This document shows, piece after piece, positions 16,005 through 28,896 of a DNA stretch of 64,000 nt (its first letter is position 1; each line of letters opens with the position of its first letter). Position numbers and translations under genes: made by a program. This DNA is from the human T2T-CHM13v2.0 reference genome, Homo sapiens, in the NCBI RefSeq assembly GCF_009914755.1, contig NC_060929.1; one strand, written 5' to 3'. The notes beneath the pieces were generated by a model. The model was not told the origin of the DNA, ran no database searches, and worked only from the letters and a program-made list of their open reading frames with translations.

Positions 16005-16298
16005 GGCCAGGCGCAATGGCTCACGCTTGTAATCTCAACACTTTGGGAGGCCTAGGTGGGAGGATCACTTGAGCCCAGGGGTTTGAGACCAGCCTGGGCA
16101 ACACAGTGAGACCCCGTGTCTGAAAAAAAAAAAATTAACTGGGTGTGGTGGCACATGCCTGCAGTCCCAGTTATTTGGGGCTGAGGTGGGAGGATCACCT
16201 GGGTCTAGGGAGGTCGAGGCTTCAGTGAGCAGTGATCACACCGCCGCACTTCAGCCTGAGCTGCAGAGTGAGACCTTGTCTCAAAAAAACAAAACAAA
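16005..16298 (+). mobile_element. AluJ
   Basis: Full dimer with J-type ggaggatcacttgagccc. Confidence 0.93.
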
Positions 16299-18869
16299 TT
16301 TCCAACATATAATTGGAGAAGGAAAATTAAGAAAAAACTGAGATCCAGGAAACCCAGAGTCAATGGGCAGAAATCCCTCCACCTTCCTGGGATCTCCCTG
16401 GTGGTGCCACCACACCCGCCTGTGGCATGAATCAGGCTCTGCCGTCCACAGGGACACTTCTGTGTCCATAGAAGCAGGGGAGGGAGAAGCCCACTCTTTC
16501 TTTCTTATTTGTGCAATAATTCAATCTTCTATCCACTTCATTTATCTCTCCAATTTGACTAGGGATTAGTTTTTATTTTATTACTATTTTTTCTTAATAT
16601 TTTTTGCATATACTTGGATTTAGAAACCTACATTTAATCTGAGATATTTACCAAACTAAATATAAAATCTTCACATATAATAATATATTTAACTGGAAAG
16701 GTTTAGACTTGATTCACTCTCAGGAAAAAAGAAATCATTTTCTTAATAAGAAATATTATTTGGCTTGTTTTGAAAATAATTCTCCAAGTTAGAATTTATT
16801 TTGAATCATTTCCTGACACTGACATAGGTATCCTGCCGTGCTTCACAGATTTTGGTGATATCACACACCCTCTCAGTAGAAATCACAAATATACACTGAA
16901 TGCATATGAGCTTTGAAAGTTGTGTTTTAAAGAGACTTAACCCCTTTTCTGATTGAGATCATGTTTGCTGTTCCCTTTGTTTAAAATATGTCTACGAATT
17001 CTTCTTCTCCTGCAAAAATAAATGATAAATTATTTATACATACCAATTATTTATTATTATTTATGCAAAGCTTGTCAGATTATGCATGCATGGGGGGATT
17101 GAATTGCTGTTGGCCCACAATGCCTTTAGGGGCATGATATGATGGGCAAAGGGTAGCAGGTGGGATTGCCATATGCATTCAGAGCCTACGCATTGTTTAC
17201 ATACATTGCTGGGCTGATAACAGGAAGAAAACCAGCACATCACAACCAGTATTGCTTATTCATCTAATTCTAAATTTTGTTACCTTGGCATTAAATAAAT
17301 ATCTCACCCAAGGAAAGAAGCATGAAAGTATGGCGGGCATTGTAAGGTAGACATAAAAATGCCCATGGGTTTAAGCTTAAAACTAAAAGAAACAGATGAG
17401 CTCAACTTAAAAAAATGATACTTTTCCTAGGGCAATTCTTTGACACATAATAACAACATATTACAATCAAGAAATAGAGATAAATCAGGAAAATACCATG
17501 ATATGATGACTTGTCATGGTGCTTTCTGATAGCATTTTGAATTTCAAGGCAAATTCAGTGAAGGTTTTTTTTTTTCCAAAATACTAATGCATATAAATGA
17601 AATTATTAGCAGCATTCATTTTTAATGGGAAAGCTAATGGAGAGCTTGCAAAATGACATAACTATCCTTTGATCCTGTGAAGGAATGTTTTCCAGTTCCT
17701 AGGGCAAAAATTATATCCAATATGACAATGCTAAAAAGCCACCTATATTTGCAATTGACAGTTTCAAGATGTGGAGTATGTTTGGCCTCTGTGGGAAGTG
17801 TGTCAATGCATTTGCTGTGTAAGTTGGTGCAAGCGGGGTTTGCAGACAGGCTCTGGAAGGGCTGGCCCTAGAGCAGAAGCAGGCACGGAGAAGCTGAAAG
17901 TCCACGAGTCCACCTGATTATTTACAAACTTAATTTGCCTGTGGCATCCCAGAGAGTTGAGTGATTTGAAATCTTGTTTTCTTAACCAAAATTGCCCCAT
18001 CACTTCTGTAATTTTGTGATGTTTATTGCTCATTCTGGTCACATTTCGGGTCATGTTTGTTCATCTTGTCCACATTGGCATTACTCAATTCTTCTTTGAT
18101 GTTATGCAATATTCATAACCTTGAAAAATGTATCATGGTAACTCTAGGAATGGGTGAAACAAATGGCCCTTCCCTTTACAGCCCCAGCCCACCTCTGTTT
18201 TCCAGCCTCAGAAGCAATGACCTTGCCAAGATCCATGTGAAGTCTACCACTCAGGTCCTGCTTACAGGTCTCCTAAGACAAATCAAGTCAGATTCCTCTC
18301 ACTTTTAAGCCTTCCAGTGAAATAAAATATGCATCTTCTTTGTAGCTATGCCTGGCAATTAGTACCCTCCAGAAGCTCTCTCTCTGATTTGTAGTAACAC
18401 TTCCTCTTTGTTTTCAATCCGAGCTCTGCTGTGCTCTGTTTCTTTTGGTTCTGTCCTCAGACAATAGCTTTTCAGACATAGCACACTCTTTGTATTTGCA
18501 ACAGATAGATTCTAAAACCTTTGTGAATTCCCAGATTCGCAAATATCAGTATGTAATATAATTCCCTTCGTAAGAGGCAGTTAAGTATAGTTGAAAAATG
18601 CAAATGACATGTTAAGACCATCAAGGAAGCAACAGAATACCAAAGGTATATACCAACTAATTAGCATAAGTTCTCCCCTGCAAAGTACATCACAGCAGAA
18701 CATTACTGGACCAGTTTTAACCACGTGTGTCTCTACATTGGTAAAACTGGGGCAGAGGTGGGGCTCCATCCCTTCCTATAGGCATCTTGCAAGGGTGAAG
18801 GAGTGAGGAAACCTACTGTCCTACAGTAAGACATTAGGCTTCGGTGCCTCTGACAGAGCTGGCTCAGCC

Positions 18870-19038
18870 GTCTTCCACCCTGGCAAGGTAGCGGAATCCT
18901 AAGGGAGATTTGAAACACGCCAAGGCCCAGGACTCAGCCTCAGTGGCACTGACATAATTTGCCTGATGTACCACCCGGGGATTGGAAATGTTTTTGAACA
19001 CTTAGGCTAGCCTAATGTACAGCCAGAGATGACCACTG
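18870..19038. mobile_element. MER5-like hAT-Charlie DNA transposon relic
   Basis: Ends ...ctaatgtacagccagagatgaccactg, resembling the MER5 terminus. Confidence 0.5.
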
Positions 19039-19264
19039 GACTTATGGAAGACAGCCCTTCTGAGTGCTTGGTTGGCTTTTCTTTTCAAATTTGAATAGGT
19101 TTCTTGATAGATTTGTGTCTTGACTAATTGTCAGTCTCTATTGCATCAAGGTATTACAGGTGATGGAGATGGGGATGGCATTGCTGGTAGCAAATCCATG
19201 AGCATGCTCAGTGCCTTCTCCAGTAGGGAGGAAGGAGCCCCATTCAGGGACAAAGTGTACCTGG

Positions 19265-19410
19265 GCTGGGACCAGACCCCAGGATTAAGGTTCCCACTCT
19301 TCTGCGTGTTGGTTGGATGATCTTTGGCCTGCTACATAGCAAATCTGGGCCTCAGTTTCTCATTGATAAAATGAAGATATCGACAGTGCTGATTTTGGAG
19401 GGCTGAAAAG
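19265..19410 (+). mobile_element. MIR fragment
   Basis: Core tctgggcctcagtttctcattgataaaatgaagat. Confidence 0.65.
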
Positions 19411-20337
19411 ACTCTCTTAATAGCATGGACTATGTTGCCCTGTCCCTGCCTCATGGCTAACTCTGCAAACGTCCCTGCCTCCTGCGTGGCCTGTTAACCC
19501 CCATCTCTTGAAACTTCAGTGCTCTAGTTCTTAAGATCAAATGCACCATCAGCTTAAAGAAAATGCCCCGTGGCTGTCCAGCCAACAGCAGTGCTGGAGA
19601 CACACGCTCTGGGCACACACAGCAGAAGGTGCAGGAGCCAGTGGACAAGAGCAGAGCTCTGTGTGTCACGCCTTCCGGTGTGGCTGTGTCAACAGCTGGG
19701 ATTGTTTGCCTCAAAATGCTCAGTACAAATAATAAAGCCAACCCCCCACCTGTCCCTGGTGTCTGCAGGCGAGAGGACCCCAAAGGGAATGACAACCATA
19801 ATGCCACCCTGAGCTGAGCCCAAGAACAAGCAGTGAAGTGCATGTCCACTCATCTGAGTGCCATCAGACGCAGTCTCCCTGAAAGGGAGGGTGGGCTGCC
19901 GGGGGATTCTCCTGGGTCTCCCTGGTCCTTCCTGGGAGGCCCACACCTGTGTAGATGGCTGTGAGTGGAGGAAAGGGAGGGGCTGGTCCATCCCCCAGTG
20001 CAGCAACAATCCCCAAAGGACACATGGACCTCCGCTGTGCTCCCAGGAAGCAGAGCTTCCACACCCTGGTGGCCATGGGGACTTGACCCTGATGACCGAG
20101 GTAAGGGAAGTTCAACTGGGTTGCTCGGCTTGAGGTTCTCGTCCTGCCCTGCTCTGCTGCCTCGCTGGGCCCGTGGGAAGCCCATCTCATCCAGGGGCTC
20201 TCTGTTCAAGGAGGGGTCCCACAGCACCTGGGCGGGGCCTCTGGGAAAGGCGCTATTTCATTCTTATCACCCAGGCTCTCACCCCGGGGCTCCTCCAGTC
20301 AAAATGGTTTGCCTCTGACTCTCCTATAGTACACGGC

Positions 20338-20665
20338 ATTTATTTATTTATTTAAAGAGATGAGGACTCACTCTGTTGCCCTGGCTGGAGTGCAGTGGCA
20401 CGATCTCAACTCCCCGCAGCCTCAAGCTCCAGGCCTCAGGTGATCATCCTGCCTCGGCCTCCTAAGTAGCTGGGACTGCAGGTGTGTGCCACCACACCCT
20501 GCTAATCTATATATAATATATATATGTAATATAAAAATATGGTATATAATGTGTGTGTGTATATATACATACACACATATATATATATATATTTGTAGAG
20601 AAGGGGTTTCACCATTTTTCTCAGGCTGCTCTCAAACTTCTGCACTCAAGCCATCTGTGCGCCTC
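20338..20665 (-). mobile_element. AluJ (5'-truncated) with the middle linker expanded to (TA)/(TG) microsatellite
   Basis: Right arm 20338-20506, simple repeat ~20507-20592, partial left arm to ~20665. Confidence 0.9.
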
Positions 20666-23100
20666 TAACAGAAGCAATGCAACGGCCCCACTGCCCTCCA
20701 GAGCCTCCTCCCACACCGCATCCCACAGCCCTGGCCTCAGCCATCTGATGCCTCTGTGTCTGCCGCTCAGTGCCAAATAAGGCTGAGTTCTTTCCCGTGG
20801 ACTCTAAGATGGTGGGAAAATGAGAAGACAGCTTTCTTGATGTTCAAGCTCACCCATCCAGAGCCGCCTCTGGATGTGGCAGGACTCCCAGGAGACCACC
20901 TTCCTCTGCCTTCATGATCTGGGGGGCAGGTGCCAGGCAACTGGGGACAGCCTAGTGGCTTAGAGCTGCCTTGCTCTGCCTGCCTTTCCCCCAGGAGCCC
21001 CAACAGCGCCGATGTCTGAAGCCTTCCCCTCTCTCCAGCCCTGCCTCCTGACCCCTTGGTTCTCTCCCATAGGGCCCGTGTGGAGCACTCGGCCTCCGGC
21101 CTCTAGGACCTGTGAGCATGGCAAACTGTGTTTTCCTGAGCCTTTTCTGTGTCTACTGTGTGGCTGCACCTGACTGACCATTTCATGTGAGAATTCATAA
21201 CACGTGCACACACACATATGCACACACATGCACACACATGGCCACACACACAGGGTACTTGGGCCACATTGGCCACCTCCAGGTGACTTTAGGGCTCCAG
21301 GCCATGAATCTTAGAAGCCCTTTTCACCTCTGGTGGCCACCCTGCCTGTCGTGGGATCCAGTGTGGAGCCTGCCGTCTGCTTTTGCTCTCAAACCATCTA
21401 GGGTGCGGAGGAGGCTCTGTCTTCTGCTGTCTCAGCAGCAAACACCAACAGCTGAGTGTGCAAGGCCACATCCCCACCTTCCCCCTTAGAGGAGCTCCTT
21501 GAGGGGTGTGGAAAGACCCACATTCCAGCTCCGTACCCCAGACCTGCCAGAGAGGGCTCCAGAAGTGGACCCCAGCACCCATGCATTTCAGAAGTTAGTA
21601 AGGAGGGGTGGTTTCCAGGGAGAAGCTGGGTCATGGAAGGTGAAGACAGGAAGGCACCCTTTCAGGGGCGCATCCACCACGCTCTGACAACATCTGGCCT
21701 GGGCACTCTCCCCAGGAGACACACGTGAGGCCAACACAGCCCACTTAGCTCACACTTGAGTTCACACAATGCTGCCCGTCTGCATCTGTACATGTGGTAT
21801 GAAGGCAGCTGGAGACACCCTCTGTGCTTTAAGAAACCCATTTCCCTACAGGTGGAACTGATGCAGAGTCCCAACCAGGGGCAGCCCCAGACCCACAGGG
21901 TCCTGAGAATGTCCCCAGCAGCTTGAGCTTTCCAAGGCTGTGCAGTGGACTGCAGGGGACTGCAGGGGACTCGAGGGAAGAAACCCACAGGAGGCCCTCA
22001 TGCTCAAGGTTAGTGAAGAGAGGCAAGAGGGGAGTCACGTCCCCTTACGCCCCCTCAGCGTCTCTGTTGACTTCTGTGTCCAGGGTGGGATCGTGCGTGT
22101 GTGTGTGGGGGGGGGGGGGGTGCAGAACATAGAACTGTTGCAAAATACAAACAGGTTGTCATCTGCAAAGCACAATTCCCCATGCATCCTGTGCACAGAC
22201 GCTGATACGTGTCCGCAGTATTTCCTAGTCATTTAAAAGGGTAATTAGTACGCGGCATCTTCCTAGGGTCCTCGGAGGGTGAGTGTCCATCCTGTTTCTC
22301 ACTGTTTCTCTCCTAATCCCCTCTAATGAGGGTTTATGTTAACACGGATAAGCCCTCGCGGTGTGCACTACCAGGCTGGCTGGGCCCACGGAGGACGGGC
22401 TGCTCAAATGTCACCGCCTTTGGCGATGTGGCTGTGAGACGTCAGAAGGGCGTCGCAGGAGAGCTTCTGTGTGGATCGCTCCATTTTGTAGAAGGGAAAT
22501 CCCTTTCATAGGGTGCCTCTGCTTCTTTTCTGTTCTTTCCAGGATTTTGTCTCCATTTAATTTCTGCAGCTAGCAGCTGGTTCGCGGCGTTTTATTCTGG
22601 AGGAGGAGGCCCTGGCGTTGCTGTTTCAGGACACACTGAGCCGGCCACCTCCTCCCCATGAAGATGCAGTCACTGCCCAGCTGAGCCTGCCTGAGCTTTG
22701 TTGTTCTCTAGGACCTGAAACTTCTGCAGAAGGCCAGTGAAGACTCGGGATTATCTGGAGTTGGTGGCAGGACTCAGACGTCATTGACCTTCAGAGCTGG
22801 TGCTAGGCCTTTCTTTCCCTCTGCAGTACTTAGTGAGAGCTTCAGGGAGGGCACTGTGTGGGGAAGGCAGCTTCGCACCCATCAGCCGGGCCATCCGCTT
22901 CCCGCAGGTGTGTGCTTGCCACAACATTCATTTAAATTCAATATCATAATGAAAAAGGGAAACTATTGTAAAATAATACTTAACCAAATTCAACAAAAAT
23001 TGACATTCGAGGTGTGCTACTGTGCACACATTCACACTCACATGGGCTATCTTATTTAGTCTACTTGATAATTCTGTGCTGGAAGCATAATTACCAGTCT

Positions 23101-23409
23101 TTTTTTTTTTTTTTTTTTTTTTTTTTTGAGACGGAGTCTCACTGTCGCCCGGGCTGGAGCACAGTGGCGTGATCTCAGCTCACTGCAGGCCTTGCCCCCT
23201 GGGGGGTTCATGCCATTCTCCTGCCTCAGCCTCCTGAGTAGCTGGGACTACAGGCGCCCGCCACCTCGCCCAGCTAATTTTTTGGATTTTTAGTAGAGAT
23301 GGGGTTTCACCATGTTAGCCAGGATGGTCTCGATCTCCTGACCTCGTGATCCACACGCCTTGGCCTCCCAAAGTGCTGGGATTACCGGCGTGAGCCACCA
23401 CGCCTGGCC
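23101..23409 (-). mobile_element. AluY
   Basis: Y-type gccattctcc, ctacaggcgcccgcc, ttagccaggatggtctcgatctcc; long T tract; TSD ttaccagtct (23091-23100, 23412-23421). Confidence 0.96.
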
Positions 23410-24128
23410 AGTTACCAGTCTTCTTTTACATGGAAGCTCCAGTCTTCAGCACCCGGCCCCACTTCTGCTCTGCTGGGCTGGGTGGTCATATCAATCGTAA
23501 AGCTGCCCAAGTAAGGACTGACCTGTCCTCTGCCCGCTTAGCTGGATTTCTGTCCTGAATCGATTGCTGATTCCTTTTTGCAGAGTAAGATGGAGTTTCC
23601 TCCGTTCTCTATTATCATTTTCTTGGCAATGAGTTGTCATCTTCAAGGCACATGATTTTTAAGTGTGTCATCTTGCGCACGCTGGGTTGAGCTGCCCACG
23701 ACGGATAACAGGCTTGTGGCCACAGTGTTTCTCACTTCCTTCTGGACTTGCTTGATTCAGGCAACTAGTGTGGGAAAAGACAGCGACTGGGCTGCAGGCT
23801 GCACACCGTTCACCGTGCAGGCTGCTGACATGGGACCCAGCACAGTGGCCACCCAGCACGGCCAGGGAAGGGCCCCTGTGCTTGCCCAGCAGCCCCCTTC
23901 CCTCCCTTCAAGCACTTCTGGAGACTCAGATGACTTTCAAGAACAAACAAGAGGACTGGACGCTGCTTAGCACCAGGCAAAATGGAAATCTCTGCCAACA
24001 CAGGGGACCCACACACTTCGTTCATCCAGAGCACTTCCATTTTTAAAGACTGTTTAACAATGGTTCAGCTAAAGCAAAAGATCCATCCATGCTCCTGAGT
24101 CAGAGGGGAAGACGCTCAGAAATTTCCT

Positions 24129-24205
24129 GTTCTACCTGTCCCAGTTCTACCTGTGAGGACATCTCATAACGACATCTGTGCCCCCCACCCTGGGACAGGT
24201 AGAAC
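24129..24205. repeat. Perfect 16-bp inverted repeat with a 45-bp spacer
   Basis: gttctacctgtcccag (24129-24144) and ctgggacaggtagaac (24190-24205). Confidence 0.92.
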
Positions 24206-24207
24206 CC

Positions 24208-24660
24208 ATCACTGTGGATTGAGCTGTGACCACATTTATATGCTTGAGTTCTAATCCCTTGTTCCCCTAATAGAGAATGTGACTGTATTTGGAGATAGAG
24301 TCTTTATAGAGGTTACTCAGAGAAGTGAGGCCATGAGGAAGGTCTCAATCCAAGATGACTGGTCTCCTTACAAAAAGGAGAAATTAGACACCCACTCACG
24401 CAGAGGGGAAGGCTGTGTGAAGATGAAGGCAGAGACGGGGTGATGCTTCCAGAAGGCACGAACACCAAAGACTGCCAGCAGGCCGTGAGGAGCCACCGCC
24501 GAGGCTGCAGCAGGTCCTCCCACAGCCTTGGGAGGAACCAGCCCCGCCCACACCATGATCTCAAGCTTCCAGCCCCCAGGACTGTGAGGAAACAAGAGTC
24601 TGTGTTTAAGGCACCCATTCTGCAGGACTTCATGAAGGCAGCCCTATCAAACAAACATAC
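24208..24660 (+). mobile_element. MLT1B-like MaLR LTR
   Basis: gaatgtgactgtatttggagatagagtcttta...gaaggcagagacggggtgatgc...cagccctatcaaac. Confidence 0.85.
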
Positions 24661-24822
24661 CCACCTAGAGAAAAATGTAAACGCCTTTTCCTTTGGTGAA
24701 CCTGGCACTTTCAAATGTCATAAAATGCAAACATTCTACCTGGGGTCCATCTGTGCACAAAGCCCCAGTCTATACCTTAAGTAGAGGGAGAGGTAGCACA
24801 GGCGTGAGATGCCCATCCAGAG

Positions 24823-25318
<496 letters not shown>

Positions 25319-27302
25319 CCTTCGTGGGGTCCCCTGCCATGACTTATTTAAAGCGGAGACACGAAGCTCACAGTACTCTGACAGTTTTTAAGAGCGTGAC
25401 GGCATCTCCAGCCTTCTCTGCTAGGGGAGCTCCGTGGGCTTCCGCCTGACTCCCACACTGTTTGACTGAGATTCAGCAGCTTGTTCAGCCCCAGTGCCCC
25501 GTGGGGTTGCCTCAGTGTCCGCTGTTGACACAGTCGGAGCTGCATGCCCAGAAAACAGCCACCCGCAGGCAGAGCTGCCCCTCTTGCGGGGAGGATAAAT
25601 CACTTCTCCAGCCCACTCCGCGCTTAGATTTTCTGCTGAGGCTGCAACACAGGGTCAGATTTATGACCTTTTGGGGCGAATTTTCATGGTCATCTCTCCT
25701 TTAGGAGCTATAACCAGACCTTCTCACACAGACCCTGAATCCAACGGAGGCCAAGGGCCTTGGCGGGAGAGCACTGGACCATGCTGAGTTGTGTGGCGCC
25801 CATGTGGCAAGACCTCACAGAATACTTTTTTTGGTTCAATTTCTGAAAACGAAAAACAAAAACCAAAAAAACCGATAAACCAGTCCCTCCAAAAACACAG
25901 TAATAAAACTACACTAAGCATGGATATAAATGGCTCCTGAACCTCAGAGGGTAGGAGCGCACTCAGGTTTGCTGTGCAGAGCCGGGGTAGGCTGCGTGCT
26001 GAGGCTCTGTCTGCACCAGGCATGGCCACAGTTTATCCCATTTGGGTTCACATCATGAGGCAGGGCGTACTGTGGCATGCATTGTTTTCTCAAGTCCAAC
26101 ATACACTCCCAGAATTATCTAGTCAACACTTTCATCAGAATTTTTTTAAAGTTCCTTTAGTAAAAGGATGAATGTGGAATATTTCTGCAGATGGTAGTAT
26201 CTGTCTTCCAAATAATGCACATGTCTACAGCTAAGGTCATGCATACTCACATCGTGAAGAAGGAAAGTTAGTCTCCCATGTTCTAGCTCAAATTTGCAAG
26301 ATGCATTCTCTTGGAAGAGCATGCATGAGTAAGGAGGCAGGATGCATGGCCTTCCTGGAGTGAAAGTGTTGCAAACAGAATGTAGAAGCTCGAAACTGAG
26401 GAGGAATCTTAGTTGTCATTCAACATGCTCATCCAACAGCGTTCCTGACAAATGCTTGAAACTGCCGTCAAGGTGGACATGTGTACCTCCCAAGGTCTAG
26501 CCTGCATCCTTCCCTTCTGAGGCAGATGCATTTGTATAAACACATCTCCTCACCCACCAGGTCCTGCACATGGCCCCAGCTCTCTGTGGCATCCACATCT
26601 TCGACAGAAGCCTGGGCCTGCAGAATCACTATTCCAGGACACTCCCTCCCCCATTTTTAGCCCACCAAGTATCCAACACCATCTGTCATAGTTCTTAAAA
26701 GCTTCTCTTTCCAAAAATAACAATTGAAACCCCCTTTACTGCTCTGCCGGTAGCATAATACACTGCAAATCATTTTATGTTTGAATTCTGCGCTGCTGGC
26801 TTTGTGCTCAAAAGTATCACTCTCGCTCAGAAACGTGCAATGTGGAAGCCAAATATGGCTTTTATATACATCCTTCTTCTGTTTCTGTTCATTCATTCCT
26901 GCAAATCTCTTCCCCTAATGGCACTTATTCCCAGGCACAGCAGGGGACCATCGTTGGGTGGAATCCATGGGTCTTCATACAGGAGCTATTATTTTCAACA
27001 CAACTTCCCAAGAAAAGCAGATGACAAATTTCCAGCCAGGTCTAATACAGCTTCACCCACACCCCTATCTCCCCATTTAACTCCAGAGGTCACGGGAAGC
27101 CATGAGGGGTTGCGGACCCGCCCTCAAGGAGTCCATGGTGCTGAGTGCATCTCTCCAAATGTCCATCCCTGCCCTGCCTCACCCTATGTGGCTACCATGC
27201 AGCGGTCTCCCCACCAGACAGTGCCCCTGTTGAGAGTGAAGACTGTGTCCCCCCAGCTCTCCTTCCCTGGCCTACTGGGAGGTAGCAGCACCTGAGAAAC
27301 AC

Positions 27303-27366
27303 TGGCAGAATTCACGAGTTAGCAAAGCCCGATGGCAGAATTCACGAGTTAGTTAGCAAAGCCCGA
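27303..27366. repeat. 30-bp tandem duplication; second copy has an extra ttag
   Basis: tggcagaattcacgagttagcaaagcccga twice. Confidence 0.95.
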
Positions 27367-28896
27367 ATCTGCAGCTCCACAGTGTGCAGAAATGAGGTCC
27401 TTCCCTGGGTTGTTTCTAATGCTCCATGCCATATGTGCTTTAAAAAAAATCATGCCCACCAATATGAGAAGAATCTCTTCCCTTTTTTATCACCTAATAG
27501 CATGGTCCCACTGTCACCTCTACCTTTACAGGCCACATTCTTTCACACCTATCATTTGACATCAGTGCCCCTTTACCCACCTCCCTAGATCTCTTTCCAT
27601 GTTCTCAAGTTATTTTTCAAACCTCTCAACCTTCTTTTGTGCAGAGATAAGCCTTCCCTTGCTGTACACTGACTCCTCCCAAAAAGATGAAGGGTGGCAG
27701 CTGGCTCTGTGGAGCCTGGACCCTGCCGGGCCTATGCTGGCCCTTTATTCTGCCACACAGGGGGAGCAGCTGTCCAGACTGGGCCATTGGCTCCTGCCGT
27801 GAGCTGGATTTGGAAGTCCGTCCTTGTTGCTCGGCCCCTACGTGAGCTACAGGGTGTGGTCCAGGGTCCTCTGCCTCCCCCTCCTCTTTATCAAGGCTGG
27901 GCCTGTCCTGCCCTGGGCTGCCCACTCCACAGCTTCCTCTGCCTTTATGTGTCTCTGGAAACTCCCTGATGAGCAGCCCAGACAGTTATTTCTGGAGTGG
28001 GTGGGTGCCTGTCTCCATCCCCTCCCTCCCGACCTTGTGCAGGTAAGCCCTGCCCTCGTCCCTCACTGTCCAGCCCCACACCTTTCTGGGTCTCTTCACC
28101 GGATTCTCGCCAGGCTGCTTGGGGAGCTCGTGGTCATTTCTTTTGCTTGGCATTAGCTCTCACCCAATTCTCTGGCATGGTCAGTCTGGAAAATGAAGAC
28201 ACTGACACCTGTGCATGATGTGCCCGGCCGTGCCAACCCCCTGTGGAATTAGCAGTCCCTCCTCACAGGGCGAGGCCGTGCAGGGAACGCTCGGTCTGTT
28301 TGTTTCCCCATCGCCCTGTCACCTGCACTCGTGGGGCTCCTGCCTTTCCAGGTGAGCTGGGTCAGGCTGTGTTAAATTTTTGGACATTCTGAATAATGAT
28401 GAGGCTAACACAGGGGCAAGGAAGAAACATTCACTTAAAGTCTGCTGCTTCATTAAGTGCTAGTTTCCAGAAATTTCTATTTAACCTCAAATGGCTTATA
28501 ATTCAGGGCAAATGTGCCCATAAAGCTCAAACATACAAAATGTTACCTATTCCAAGAACCCGTCCCATCTGCTTAGAGAAGTTAACTGTGAATCTGTGAC
28601 TAGCTACCTCATCTACACTGAGGCCCTTGTTAGATCACGCCTGAAATCTATTCTCTTGTTCCTGGTGTTGCAAGATTGGCCTTAGATGAGAGGGAAAGGA
28701 GCACAAAGAAACTTGCACAATTCTGAAAGGGTCCGGTGTGTCAGCCCCTGCAGGGCAATGACAATGGCCTTAGTCCAGGCCCTCGGAGAAGCAGGTGCTA
28801 AAATCAAGATATTTTCTGATGTTATCAGGAGAAATGCTCACAGAGCCAGGAATGGCTTCAAGAACCCCAGACCACCATGCAAGTCTGACCCCAAAT

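Noticed and set aside
16005-20665. Inverted AluJ pair as a dsRNA/editing substrate
   Set aside because: About 4 kb apart, diverged and partly truncated; commonplace.
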